From a virus (Duplodnaviria; Caudoviricetes): a DNA stretch of 64,000 nt. The translations under genes and the position numbers were made by a program. The stretch covers positions 1 to 64,000 of IMG/VR virus record IMGVR_UViG_3300011008_000012; one strand, written 5' to 3'. A model generated the notes under the pieces. The model was not told where the DNA came from. It worked only from the letters and a program-made list of their open reading frames with translations, and did no database searches. Of this stretch, positions 1 through 10,248 are shown in pieces. The number at the start of each line of letters is the position of its first letter. Position 1 is the first letter of the stretch.

Positions 1-198
1 GACAGCGACAGCGAACGGGGGACAGGGCGAAGCGGTAAAGCGCAACAAGCGAAGCGACGAAAAGCAGAGCTTGACAAGCAGCGCAAAATGTGCTATACTG
101 AAAGAGCCTTGAAGCCCGACGAACGGCGGACAGCGACAGCGAACGGGGGACAGGGCGAAGCGGTAAAGCGCAACAAGCGAAGCGACGAAAAGCAGAGC
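1..198 (+). repeat. 70-bp direct repeat (1-70 and 129-198) flanking a consensus promoter
   Basis: gacagcgacagcgaacggggg...aaaagcagagc occurs identically at 1-70 and 129-198; the first copy may extend beyond the window edge. Confidence 0.9.
71..99 (+). promoter_or_regulatory. sigma70/sigmaA-type promoter
   Basis: TTGACA (71-76), 17-bp spacer, TG-n-TATACT (94-99). Confidence 0.85.
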
Positions 199-832
199 CC
201 GCGCTATATCCAGAAGTGTACCTTGAAAGCAGCCGTAAATAGCTATGGGAGTAAATGCCCTACAATAGCGGTGAAAGAATGGGACTAGCAAGGGGAGAAG
301 TTTACCCTGTGGGTAGGTCTGTGGCCGTTATAAACTTCAAACTGTGCGAAAAGGCGAATGGAGTAGCCCTGTACATTGATAAGGTCCGTACCAACGTGGC
401 GATTATAAGGGGAGTAGTCTACCCTGCCGGACGAAAAACGATAGCAAGTTAAGTAGTCCCGTACCACTCTGGCGGTGAAAACCCGTCAATGGCGCTGTGG
501 GTAAATTCGATACGTTGTGAAGTGGGCGCGGTTAGCTGTGTGAGTAGCTTTAAGGTTGACGCCGCTATACTGTTGACTTGTCCAGTATAGTTAGCAAGGG
601 GCGCAGTGTCTTAAAAGCCGTAGCGTAAAAAGACAAGGTACAAGTGTAAACAATAGCCCTATGAATAGGGCGTGAACATATCGGACGGCGACGGGATCAC
701 CATACCCTGCCGCCGTCCGTCTTTACTTCTGAAAGCAAACAGCAAAGCGACGAAAATTTATACGCCGGCATACTGCCGAAGTGTGTCAACGTGTGCATTT
801 TTAACAATCAAATTTTATGGAGGTAAAGAAAA

Positions 833-1813
833 ATGGCACAGGATAGGTCTGCTCTCAACAAGACTGCGGGTGAGCTCCGCAACAAGTACGGCTTCACGGG
901 GGATTGCCCTGCCGTGTTCGCAGCCAACATCCAGCGCGTTTTCGGTATCTTCCGCGCTTTCGTGGAGGAGGGGCATACCGACGAGGAAATCACCCTCGCG
1001 CTCAAGCCCGTGAATGACGCAATCTCCCTGTTCAACGATGAGGCGCGCCGGGAGCGTCTGGAGCAGCTTGAGGCCATGCCGCAGGCTGACGCCGTCCGTG
1101 ACTTCATGCGGACCCAGTGCGTCAAGGGGTTCACCGTCGGCCGCAACAAGGACAAGGCATGGGAAATCACGGAGGATACTGCCGTCGCCGTGTCCCCGTA
1201 TGACATGGTGAAGTCTCTATTCCCCGTGGAAAAGGCGACTATCACGGACGCCTGCTGCATCTTCGCGGACAACGTGGCGAAGTGGCACTTCAAGAACGAC
1301 GAGAAGTCTGCCGTCAATCGTAAGGGGCTTTCTGAGCAGTATATCGCCCTGCGTAAGCGCATGGGCTGGGAAATCAACGCGGCGAAGTGCAGCAAGTCTG
1401 CGCTCGCGGCACAGCTCACGCAGATCGTGGGATGGGTGTGCCCTGGGCTCGACATTACCATGATTAACGCCGACGTGACGTTCCTGGAAACGTCCATCAT
1501 TCAGGGCAAGGCAATCGCGGACAAGGCCGGCGCGTATACCATGCGGAACGAGGAAACTATCGTCAACTACCTGTATCGGGCGGCTTATACCCGGTTCAAC
1601 AAGCTCCCGTATGACTTCCAGAGCCAGACCCGCGGGGAAAAGACGCCGGAAAGCGAAAAGGCCAACAAGGACATGGCCGAAGTCGAGCCCAAGACGCCCA
1701 AGGCGGACAAGGTGACGGCGGAAAAGGTGGAGATCCCCGCGGCTGAGGAAAAGAAGCCTGCGCGGAAAACCACGCGCAAGACCGCGACGAAGAAGGAAGC
1801 GACCGCGGCCTAA
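833..1813 (+). CDS. hypothetical phage protein with Lys/Ala/Thr-rich C-terminal tail
   Basis: 326-aa ORF, GGAGG RBS, strong C/G third-position bias, tail KKPARKTTRKTATKK. Confidence 0.85.
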   Translation: MAQDRSALNKTAGELRNKYGFTGDCPAVFAANIQRVFGIFRAFVEEGHTDEEITLALKPVNDAISLFNDEARRERLEQLEAMPQADAVRDFMRTQCVKGFTVGRNKDKAWEITEDTAVAVSPYDMVKSLFPVEKATITDACCIFADNVAKWHFKNDEKSAVNRKGLSEQYIALRKRMGWEINAAKCSKSALAAQLTQIVGWVCPGLDITMINADVTFLETSIIQGKAIADKAGAYTMRNEETIVNYLYRAAYTRFNKLPYDFQSQTRGEKTPESEKANKDMAEVEPKTPKADKVTAEKVEIPAAEEKKPARKTTRKTATKKEATAA

Positions 1814-2092
1814 TCGGAATTTCATCGGAGTCCTCCTTCATCATAGGGCGGGGAATATAATCCCCGCTCAGGCTCCATGCACAAGCCTCCACGCGGCGGA
1901 GCTGGATAACCAACCGATTGTGCGGAAAGGGAGAACTATGGAGATATTCTGGAAACTGTTCATGCTGTGCGGGTTTACGGGCGTATTCTGCCTGATCCTT
2001 GCAGCCAGCGACGCGATCATGGACGGGCTTTGCAGGGCATTTCCGCGCCTTGATGCGTGGATTGACGGCCTGTCGGACAAGGGGGATTTCTG

Positions 2093-2347
2093 ATGCAGAT
2101 AATCACTCTGGTCATGACCCTGATAGCAGCACTGGGGCTTTACCCGCGGGCCGGGTATGTCTGCGAGCTTGACCGGGAAAACGATACGGTCATCATTGAG
2201 GACGCCTCCGGTTTTCTGTGGGAAATCGAAGAAATCGAGGACTGGTGCGTCGGGGATGGGTGTGCCATGATTATGTACGACAATGGCACGCCGGAGGTTT
2301 TCGACGACGCGATCGTATCAATCCGTTATAACGGGTTTGTCAGGTGA
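2093..2347 (+). CDS. hypothetical protein with hydrophobic N-terminus
   Basis: 84-aa ORF with AAGGGGG RBS. Confidence 0.65.
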   Translation: MQIITLVMTLIAALGLYPRAGYVCELDRENDTVIIEDASGFLWEIEEIEDWCVGDGCAMIMYDNGTPEVFDDAIVSIRYNGFVR

Positions 2348-2667
2348 TCCGGCGGGGTTTCTCGACCGTTTGTCCCCTAAACAAGCGGTATTCCATACCT
2401 GTATAAGGTTTTCGTCACGGTGATTGGCTCGTTCTACTGTGAGAGTAGCAGGAACGGCACCGGCATATCAGGGATGAATGAGTATGCGGCGAAGCGGGCA
2501 ATCCCTTAGAACCCGCAGGATTTCTATACATAGCGTATAGTCAAGCGTTTTGCGGTATCGTTCAACAAACCGCGGATTTACATACACACGACGGGAATAC
2601 TGTCGTTTGCTATACGTCCACGGCAAGGGAAGTGATCTACACAACAGGGTATTATAAACAATCGTCT

Positions 2668-2696
2668 TTGACTTTGACTCGGGTTTGTGCTATCAT
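2668..2696 (+). promoter_or_regulatory. probable sigmaA promoter for the 2714 gene
   Basis: TTGACT-17bp-TATCAT with extended TG. Confidence 0.55.
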
Positions 2697-2713
2697 CACA
2701 TCGGTGATAGCTT

Positions 2714-3655
2714 ATGTATAATGAGGAAATCAAAGAGCGGTTTTTGAATGAATACTGTCCACAGCACAAGGACTACCGCACAACACACGGGCTTTTCAGT
2801 AGGACAGAGCCTGGGGAAATTGCAGTCGGAGCAGATGTTGCGGTGATGACGGTTAATCAGGCTATGCTTGCTATTGATTCTATGGATATGACGGGCATAC
2901 AGATGATTTATAATCTTCGCATAGTAATCAAAGCATATATCGAATGGTGTAAAACCAACGGAATTATGGAGACAAACGACGGGTTTTTGCAGGTTTGTAA
3001 CCCGGATTTGGATATTTCTCCGTCGATTTCAAGGGTTTTATTCCGCGATGAAAACGATCTGATATACTCCATGCGCAAGGTTTGTGCGTTCAATGAAGGG
3101 TATCCGCAGCCTGTAATCATGGCTTTTGCTTGGCTTGGTTTGCAGCAAAAAGAAATCATAGATTTGCGGGAAGCTCATGTCGATCTAAATGTAAGACGGG
3201 TTTATGATGCAGCCGGGAATATAATCGTGGACGGCTTTTCCGATCGAATTGCGGATATTTTGCAGGAATTTGAGGAAACGACCGTAGGCCAGAGGGAAAA
3301 CCATACGACGGTCTACGAGGTTATCAAGGACCGTTCGACGGACGCCTATCTCAAAAGGTTTCTGCCGAGGAACTCCGAGAAATTCGGCGGGGAATATACC
3401 ACAAGTCAGGTGTATTCCGCACTGAATAGGTACAATCTCAAGTATAGAGAGCAGGGTTTTCCATCTCGTCTCACGTTCTCAAACGTCTGGAAATCCGGAC
3501 GATATCATGCTCTATGGGAATGGGAGCAAGTGTCAGGGTTAGACGCATTTAAGTCTGAAAATCAGGGAAAAGTTCTGGAAATCTTCCGAAATTCTGCCAA
3601 TTATGCCAGTATCATCTGGTTTTACAAAGCCTATAAACGGGCATTCAATCTGTAA
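2714..3655 (+). CDS. tyrosine-recombinase-fold protein, SPbeta YopR/MrpR-like repressor (paralog 1)
   Basis: MYNEEIKERFL start, YIEW helix, AWLGL..EIIDL, VWKSG; no intact R-H-R-Y set recognised; clear paralog of 41818-42804. Confidence 0.6.
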   Translation: MYNEEIKERFLNEYCPQHKDYRTTHGLFSRTEPGEIAVGADVAVMTVNQAMLAIDSMDMTGIQMIYNLRIVIKAYIEWCKTNGIMETNDGFLQVCNPDLDISPSISRVLFRDENDLIYSMRKVCAFNEGYPQPVIMAFAWLGLQQKEIIDLREAHVDLNVRRVYDAAGNIIVDGFSDRIADILQEFEETTVGQRENHTTVYEVIKDRSTDAYLKRFLPRNSEKFGGEYTTSQVYSALNRYNLKYREQGFPSRLTFSNVWKSGRYHALWEWEQVSGLDAFKSENQGKVLEIFRNSANYASIIWFYKAYKRAFNL

Positions 3656-3660
3656 ACAAT

Positions 3661-3690
3661 AAGCCGCCGGATTTCTCCGACGGCTTTTCT
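3661..3690. terminator. bidirectional intrinsic terminator
   Basis: aagccg...cggctttt hairpin between convergent genes. Confidence 0.7.
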
Positions 3691-3918
3691 TTATAGGGAT
3701 AACACGACGCAGTAAGTCACAGCGTCCTCAACAAGGTTATTAAGTTCATCCGGGATGCGAGGATAAACAACGCAGCACAGTTCCGCATCATATTCGGTTA
3801 TGTATGCGCTTGTTACGTCCAATCCAGTGAGGTTTGCAATTTTCTGCAGAGCATGGTTGTCCATAATGCGGAGTTCCTCGACTTCAATCTCACCCAATTT
3901 GCCAAGTTTCAAAGTCAT
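3691..3918 (-). CDS. hypothetical protein
   Basis: ATG at 3918 with GGAGG RBS on the minus strand. Confidence 0.6.
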   Translation of the reverse strand: MTLKLGKLGEIEVEELRIMDNHALQKIANLTGLDVTSAYITEYDAELCCVVYPRIPDELNNLVEDAVTYCVVLSL

Positions 3919-4296
3919 AGCAATACCTCCCATTGTAATTGGTTGCAATTTATGAATTGCAAATCGTGAATTGATATGCCACCCACGAAAAGAGCAGTAA
4001 CTAGCACAAAACTATACTCGTGTATATTTCAAAAGTCAACGGTTTTTCTAGTTTCACCGGCAGTTTTGTGGTAATTGTATAACAATCATTACGGATTTTC
4101 AATGGAAATAACCACTTGACAAGGCGTGATTTACCACGAGATTGTGCATTATATTGGTAATAGCGCAAACTATACTTGAAAATAGTTCGACATAAAAATA
4201 ATACCAGTATAGCAAAAATATATAGGAATGAGCCTCGTAAGTGTAACAACACCTACGAGGCTTTAACCATATTTAAGTGGAAGGCGGTGATACATA

Positions 4297-4521
4297 ATGG
4301 GTCTCAACGGTCTGGAATTCAAGCAGCGGGTCGAGCGTCTCCTGCACAAGATTGACGGTCGGCTATATGCTGAGTTCTCCGCGGAGAACGGCAAGTTCAC
4401 AGCCAGAGTCTCCGACGGCACGAAAATCATCGGCACACGCGGAACAAAGCCGGACGAGAACGACCAGTATAAGGTATTATTCCGGTGGGGTTCCGGGCAT
4501 ACCGCGCCGGCAATGATATAA
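4297..4521 (+). CDS. hypothetical protein
   Basis: 74-aa ORF with RBS after an AT-rich divergent intergenic region. Confidence 0.7.
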   Translation: MGLNGLEFKQRVERLLHKIDGRLYAEFSAENGKFTARVSDGTKIIGTRGTKPDENDQYKVLFRWGSGHTAPAMI

Positions 4522-5216
4522 GCCAGGGTTTGTTTTTCATGGTTTACCTCCTTTCTCCCCAGGGGCGGATCAACACGGTCCGCCCCAATTTCCTATGTCT
4601 AATGCGACTCAGCCATGAACGCCGATGGTTGAGCGGTCTCAAGTCCGTGTAAACGCAGAGAGGGCCTAGAAATAGCGGCAAAAAAACACCCAGTGCGATG
4701 GTTTTTGGTGTTTTCCATCGCCCTGAAACGCCGCCGCTAACGGTCCGACCTCTGCCCAGCGGAGCGGATTTGACATGGTTGAGCCGCGCCTTACAAAAAG
4801 CATCAAACGGAAGGAGGTGGTGATTGTGTATACGGATTGCACCTGTTATGACTATGTGGATTACCGGCAATGGTTGGACTGGAACGATGATTCGCTCTCC
4901 TCCTACTTCGACAAGCCTGACATTCCACCGGGCAGCGGCATCCCTCGCCGTATGCGAATAGGTGCGCCTCCCACACGAAGGTATCGCGGGTTTTCTGTGA
5001 AGACTCGCTCGGTTCCCTAGCAACGCACATATGCTTAAAACCAGATTGAATAAAATACACATTTCCCGCACCCTTTCGACTTCCCGGGGCGCGGCTTTTG
5101 ACATTCCCGCGCCTCTAAATGGAGGCGCGGCTTTAATGCAGCCAACGGCGGTCACAAGCCCGCGAGTAATGCAGAGTGGAGTTGTCAGAAATACAAAACG
5201 ATAAGGAGGAACAACA

Positions 5217-5399
5217 ATGGCAACGTATACCAATGCGCTGGAAAAGATCACGACAGCGCCCGTCCTGCATGTGGACGGCTCTCCGACGAACTACCGTCCC
5301 GATGCTCACAAGTATTTCTGTGAGCGGTGCTATAAGCACAACGGCGGAATCTGCCCTGATACCGGGAGGAAGGGCAAGAAACAGTTCTGCAACGCATGA
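5217..5399 (+). CDS. small Cys-rich hypothetical protein
   Basis: AAGGAGG RBS; CERC and further Cys; overlaps next start (ATGA). Confidence 0.7.
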   Translation: MATYTNALEKITTAPVLHVDGSPTNYRPDAHKYFCERCYKHNGGICPDTGRKGKKQFCNA

Positions 5400-5833
5400 G
5401 CGCGGGGCAGAGCGTCGCCTTCGAGAGAGTCCGGCGTGTGACCGGGTATCTCGGCACTCTCGATAGGTTCAATGATGCGAAGAAGGCCGAGGAAAAAGAT
5501 CGCGTAAAGCACACGATGACCGGCGACGACGGGTATGTACTGCTCGCCGCCGCTGTCATTGATAGAGCGGTTCAGGATTATGAGGACGCAAAAGACGCAC
5601 TCAAGCGAATCGAAGAAACGGGCAGGGAATTTGTGTCGGTGCACGGCGAAAGGATGTATCGGTTCACAGCTCTTGCCAATCTTGCCGATGTGGATGACTT
5701 CTTCCGGTCGAAACGCGCAGCGGCTCTCATGTCTTTCGATCCGATGAAGCTCTATGACAAGATCAGGGAAAACTATGAGCGGTACGGAAAATGCCAGCCG
5801 CACCGTGAAGGAAACGAGGTGATCCCGGCGTGA
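5396..5833 (+). CDS. protein with N-terminal NrdD-type glycyl-radical tail motif
   Basis: FERVRRVTGYLGTLDRFNDAKKAEEKDRVKH matches the NrdD C-terminal motif. Confidence 0.7.
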   Translation: MSAGQSVAFERVRRVTGYLGTLDRFNDAKKAEEKDRVKHTMTGDDGYVLLAAAVIDRAVQDYEDAKDALKRIEETGREFVSVHGERMYRFTALANLADVDDFFRSKRAAALMSFDPMKLYDKIRENYERYGKCQPHREGNEVIPA

Positions 5834-6246
5834 GAGTGCCTATCGAGGCAAAGAAAGCAGAGGCCGTTGCCCGCATGAAGAAGCTCGGCATTTTCCCTCA
5901 GACGATCAAACAGTTTGAGAAGGACGGGTATATCAGCATCAGTGAGCCGCCTTTCGGAGCGTTCTACTGGGCTGAGGGCGAGGATCTTGAGCGTATCCGC
6001 GCCATCGAAGAGGAAAACAACGGTCTCGTATATCTGGTCGTCCGCAGTTATACGACCGATGGGAAGATGGACGCCTACCTGTGGGTAAGCGACTGCGAGG
6101 AAGAGTGGGATTACGACAACGAGGATATCACTGACGGGATCGTGTTTGCTTATGTGTATAACCACGACGATCCGATCTGTCCCGAGTTTGGCAGCATCAC
6201 TGTGGAACGAACGGTTGCGGCTGGGCTTCGCCGCGTCTTCTTCTGA
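5830..6246 (+). CDS. hypothetical protein
   Basis: 138-aa ORF, GAGGTG RBS, coupled to neighbours. Confidence 0.75.
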   Translation: MRVPIEAKKAEAVARMKKLGIFPQTIKQFEKDGYISISEPPFGAFYWAEGEDLERIRAIEEENNGLVYLVVRSYTTDGKMDAYLWVSDCEEEWDYDNEDITDGIVFAYVYNHDDPICPEFGSITVERTVAAGLRRVFF

Positions 6247-6653
6247 TGTGGTTGGATGTTTGGACGAGTGGTTTTTCGATGTCTGATGAAAGGATTCTTT
6301 TTATGGTCGAATTAATAATTCATACGGACGGTAATAACTATGAGACACTACGGAATTCGATTTGCGATGCGCTTGTGGGAAGCCGCCCCTTTGTAGAAAA
6401 TGAAATCATCATATCTGATGATCTTCAGGACGCAAATAAACTAAGCATTGTGCTCGGAGAATCGAATGGTTTTGGAACAACGGTTGAAGTGACAGATAGC
6501 ACCTTTCTCGCAAACCTCTTCCGAGATATACACGAAGCTGGCGGCGCAGGTGCGACGGACGAGTATTCCAAAGGATGGGATGGCGCTGTGGAAGAGTGCG
6601 AGCGAATATTCACTGCATCCACCGGCATCTCATGTTTGGATATTGAAGAATGA
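6246..6653 (+). CDS. hypothetical protein
   Basis: 135-aa ORF, coupled start; true start may be slightly downstream. Confidence 0.6.
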   Translation: MWLDVWTSGFSMSDERILFMVELIIHTDGNNYETLRNSICDALVGSRPFVENEIIISDDLQDANKLSIVLGESNGFGTTVEVTDSTFLANLFRDIHEAGGAGATDEYSKGWDGAVEECERIFTASTGISCLDIEE

Positions 6654-6707
6654 AGTAGATACGTAAAGTTCAATAACAAAACTATACTTGCTACGGAGGA
6701 TGATTCA

Positions 6708-7166
6708 ATGCAATTTCCGTGGTTATATCCAGCCCAAAATCCGTTGAGCTTCGAGGTTGGTGACAGGCGTTGCACATGCAATATGTGCGCCAACTACAAT
6801 GTTCGATACGATGAGGAGCCGTGCAAATCATGTATCCCTGGCATTTCTCGCACCGGGTTTTACGGATGCCACGCCATCGGGTTCGAGCCTGCTAAGGACG
6901 GGATTGTTGAGGAACTTGGAACACGATTCCATGAACTAAAAACGCTTCCTCGGTATTTTCACGCAAGAGACAAGAACTTTGAAATCCGTCGTGATGACCG
7001 CGGTTTTGAAACCGGAGATATCTTAGTCCTGCGCGAGTGGGACGGCACAGATTATACCGGCGCTTATACGGTTCATCGCATCACATACATCTTGCGGAAT
7101 GCAAGCGAGTACGGGTTGATGTCCGGGTTCTGTATTCTCGGGCTATGTCCTATGGAATATCTGTAA
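6708..7166 (+). CDS. DUF3850/ASCH-like domain protein with N-terminal Cys motifs
   Basis: HELKTLPRYF..KNFEIRRDDRGFETGDILVLREW. Confidence 0.75.
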   Translation: MQFPWLYPAQNPLSFEVGDRRCTCNMCANYNVRYDEEPCKSCIPGISRTGFYGCHAIGFEPAKDGIVEELGTRFHELKTLPRYFHARDKNFEIRRDDRGFETGDILVLREWDGTDYTGAYTVHRITYILRNASEYGLMSGFCILGLCPMEYL

Positions 7167-7362
7167 AAGAGGTGTTCTATAATGCGAGATTTCTACTGGA
7201 ATGAGCTTCCCATCCAGCACGACAGCACTGGTCAGCCGTTTATTAATACACTTCCGGAGGGCATGAGGGAGGAACTCGGCCCCGACGACGACGGCGCGTG
7301 GGTTCTGGCCGGGATCAACGAGTCGTTGGCGTGGTGCCACGAGCACATGAAATGAGGTTTCT

Positions 7363-7770
7363 ATGACGGTAAAACATCCTTGCGTTAGGTGTGTCTACTT
7401 CGATGCGTGCGGTGTTACAACTCGCACGGAGCCGTGCTCCGGCCGCCTGACAAAGCGCATGAAGCGGTACAACGATAGGAGCGAAAAAGAGGTGGACTAC
7501 ATCGTTGATATGTACAAGAAATACAACCTTGGCCTTATCACGCCGAAGAAACTTAAAGATATTCAGGTTGGTGAGTTTTTCAGTGCGGAACTTCCGCCAA
7601 CGTCTATGAACACATATATGCGTCCTGGCAAAGGAAATGAGAAACTCATTCCGGCCTACGACAGTGCAGGCTGTCCGCTGCTCTTCACCGGAGTTGATGA
7701 GCTGGTTTATCCGCTTCCGAAAGAAATCGGGGAGCGCTTATTTGCTCCGCGGGAAGAGCATCATAACTGA
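7363..7770 (+). CDS. hypothetical protein
   Basis: 135-aa ORF with GAGG RBS, N-terminal CxxC. Confidence 0.65.
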   Translation: MTVKHPCVRCVYFDACGVTTRTEPCSGRLTKRMKRYNDRSEKEVDYIVDMYKKYNLGLITPKKLKDIQVGEFFSAELPPTSMNTYMRPGKGNEKLIPAYDSAGCPLLFTGVDELVYPLPKEIGERLFAPREEHHN

Positions 7771-7773
7771 AGT

Positions 7774-8049
7774 GTGGCTCCTATGGACATAGGAAATGGC
7801 GTAAACTTCGAGCGTGTTCGCCGGGTCACGGGGTATCTCGGAACGCTGGACAGGTTCAACAAAGCCAAGCAAGCGGAGGTTCGAGACAGAGTAAAACACG
7901 GTAATATCGTTCTGTATGACCGCGAGACATACATCGCGGCTTATCACTGGTTTGGCTGGAAATTAGCCAAAGCTGAGCGACTGTACGATGAGGGTGCTCG
8001 GTACAACAATCTGGTTGCCGAGTATCTTCGACATACTATGGGAGGGTAG
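7774..8049 (+). CDS. second protein with NrdD-type glycyl-radical tail motif
   Basis: FERVRRVTGYLGTLDRFNKAKQAEVRDRVKH. Confidence 0.7.
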   Translation: MAPMDIGNGVNFERVRRVTGYLGTLDRFNKAKQAEVRDRVKHGNIVLYDRETYIAAYHWFGWKLAKAERLYDEGARYNNLVAEYLRHTMGG

Positions 8050-8144
8050 GGAAGCGGTCAAACCCACTCAGGCGCGCCGCACGGTAAACGTGTGTAAAAT
8101 GAGTCCAAAATGGTACGGTGGTTCAAATCCATCCCCTCCCACCA
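8040..8144 (+). tRNA. tRNA-Tyr-like RNA with about 22-nt insertion in the anticodon loop
   Basis: acceptor gggaggg/ccctccc + ACCA, Tyr-type D-arm, T-arm ggtgg-ttcaaat-ccatc, anticodon stem actca/tgagt closing a 29-nt loop. Confidence 0.6.
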
Positions 8145-8716
8145 TATATGCCGGTCAGGGTGTAGCAGCCATTGGGTCGCCGAAGATCACGGCGGCAGTA
8201 CGAATGGAGTGGAGGTTCGAGCCCTCCAGCCGGTGCCGGTTGCAATCCGGAGGAAATCCCGCGTTCCGGGGCAGAGTAGCTATCTTTCCAGCGGGTGTGT
8301 GGCTCACAAACGAGCAAGTCAGGGAAATGCTGTCCTGGCGGCGGGAGTATCAATAAATGTGCATCCTTGCGGTGGAGAATACAGGTGAACCGCGCCCCGC
8401 TAAAAAGAAGGAGGATTTGCAATGGTAATTGTCTTGACCGTGAAAGACATCGTTGGTGCGATCGTTATCTCGCTCCTCGTGATTTGCGCTGTGATCTTCG
8501 TTTGCCTTATCAAGCACGAGGAAAAGAAAGACAAGAGGTGCCGCAAATGAAATGGCTTTTTGGCAGACGCCGCTCGAAGTCCTATGAGGTCGTGCAGACC
8601 AACATGTTCGACATCGAGGAGATCCATGAGAATTGTACCGTGCAGGTTCTCAGGAACTCTGTCACGGGCGAGGTGAGCGTCGGATGGTGGGAGAACGACG
8701 ATCCTCCCGCGACGAT

Positions 8717-9331
8717 ATGACCGATTGGCTGACGAAGCGGCTGGAGGTGGAAATCCCTCCGCGATGTACGCAGCATCAATGCGTCAAGGGCGCGGCATTT
8801 GATCCGTCCGGGAGCTACAAGGGGTGTATCACATGTGAGCGGTATCACCTCAATCTCAACACGGAAACGTGTCTGACATGTCTGGCGTCGGAGCATCTGG
8901 ATCACTATCAACCCGATCCATGGTTCATTGAGAGCCTGGAGAAGCTCAAAAGAGATCACGCAAAGGAGGCAACGAGCGTGTCAAAACCCGGCATCCCCAA
9001 GGGTTACCGCGAAACGACGGTGTATACATATCGCGGTGATCCGGTGACAAAGAAGAGCAAGATCGACCGCGTTCGCGGCCTCGAAGAGGACAAGCCCTTC
9101 AACTTCCAGTACTACTGGCACAAGGGAAGCGAGAAATGGTTCGCCATCGACAAGATGACAGGGCGCTCCATAGCGAGCGGCGCGACGCTCAAGGAAGTCC
9201 ATGACATCGCGCACAGTGAGGAGCGAATGGCGGCTTTCGATACGCTGTCGAAGACAGAGGCGTATGGAGATATGGTTGCCAAGCACTACAAGGCTATGGT
9301 TGAGTGCGGCGCTTATGTCGAGCTTCACTAG
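8717..9331 (+). CDS. hypothetical protein with Cys/His-rich N-terminus
   Basis: ATG at 8717 overlapping the upstream stop; several CxxC. Confidence 0.65.
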   Translation: MTDWLTKRLEVEIPPRCTQHQCVKGAAFDPSGSYKGCITCERYHLNLNTETCLTCLASEHLDHYQPDPWFIESLEKLKRDHAKEATSVSKPGIPKGYRETTVYTYRGDPVTKKSKIDRVRGLEEDKPFNFQYYWHKGSEKWFAIDKMTGRSIASGATLKEVHDIAHSEERMAAFDTLSKTEAYGDMVAKHYKAMVECGAYVELH

Positions 9332-9594
9332 GAGGAAAGACATGCAGTATGCGATCTTCTTCGTGCTGGTGTTTATCGCCCTGGAGCTGTGGGCGATCGG
9401 CGATATGCTGGCTGAAATAAAGAACAAAAACATGCGGTGATGGTTTTCCGGTTTGTATACCGGAACGTCGGTTCAACTCCGACCCGCCGCTGGTGAGACG
9501 GTAACTCGTCATCTTGGCGGGCGTGCTTTGAGCATCGGGCGGTACGTTAATCCGCCCATTTATTAAAAATCAATCATCAAAAAGGAGAAGCAAC

Positions 9595-10239
9595 ATGACT
9601 AAGGAGACAATGACGATTCATCAGGCTCTGTGCGAGCTCAAGACTCTCGACTCCCGTATTCTCAGTGCGATCGAGGCAAACAGCTATGTGTTCGCCAACA
9701 AGCACGCCAATACCAAGGTTGGCGGTGTGGAGATCGGCAAGATCTGCGACGAGATCAAGGCCAAGTACGATCAGGCGAACGATCTGATCCGCCGCCGCGA
9801 CGCCATCAAGCGTACTGTCGTGCTGTCGAACGCGGCTACGATGGTGACGATCGACGGCCAGCAGTATACCGTGGCCGAGGCGATTGAGCTCAAGAACCAT
9901 CAGATCCCCATTCTCCAGCGGATTCTCAAGAAGATGCAGATGCAGCTTGAGTATGCGCGGCGTGAGGCCGACCGTTCCAACGGCGATGCTCTGGAGGCTC
10001 GTGCCGACGGGTACATCAAATCCCTGTACGGCGATAAGACCGACCTCAAGAACATGAGCGAGGAAATCCGGAAGACCCGCGAGGAGTTCATCCGGCAGCA
10101 GACGGTCGAGATCGTCGATCCTCTGGATATCACGGCGAGGATGAAGGAGCTGGAGGATCGGATCAACGGGTTCATCGTCAACATTGACTCCGCTCTGTCC
10201 GTGTCCAACGCTCTGACGAGCATCGAAATCGAGTACTAA
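9595..10239 (+). CDS. coiled-coil hypothetical protein (DIP1984-like), directly upstream of a long structured RNA
   Basis: MTIHQALCELK.., TVAEAI, IDSALSVSNA; AAGGAG RBS; strong codon bias. Confidence 0.7.
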   Translation: MTKETMTIHQALCELKTLDSRILSAIEANSYVFANKHANTKVGGVEIGKICDEIKAKYDQANDLIRRRDAIKRTVVLSNAATMVTIDGQQYTVAEAIELKNHQIPILQRILKKMQMQLEYARREADRSNGDALEARADGYIKSLYGDKTDLKNMSEEIRKTREEFIRQQTVEIVDPLDITARMKELEDRINGFIVNIDSALSVSNALTSIEIEY

Positions 10240-10248
10240 GCCATCAAT

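Noticed and set aside
4530-5200. Possible ncRNA or ORFs in the 4.5-5.2 kb gap (also 11460-11640 and 33950-34170)
   Set aside because: Only scattered short hairpins and weak ORFs; no closing helix or recognisable family that I can support.
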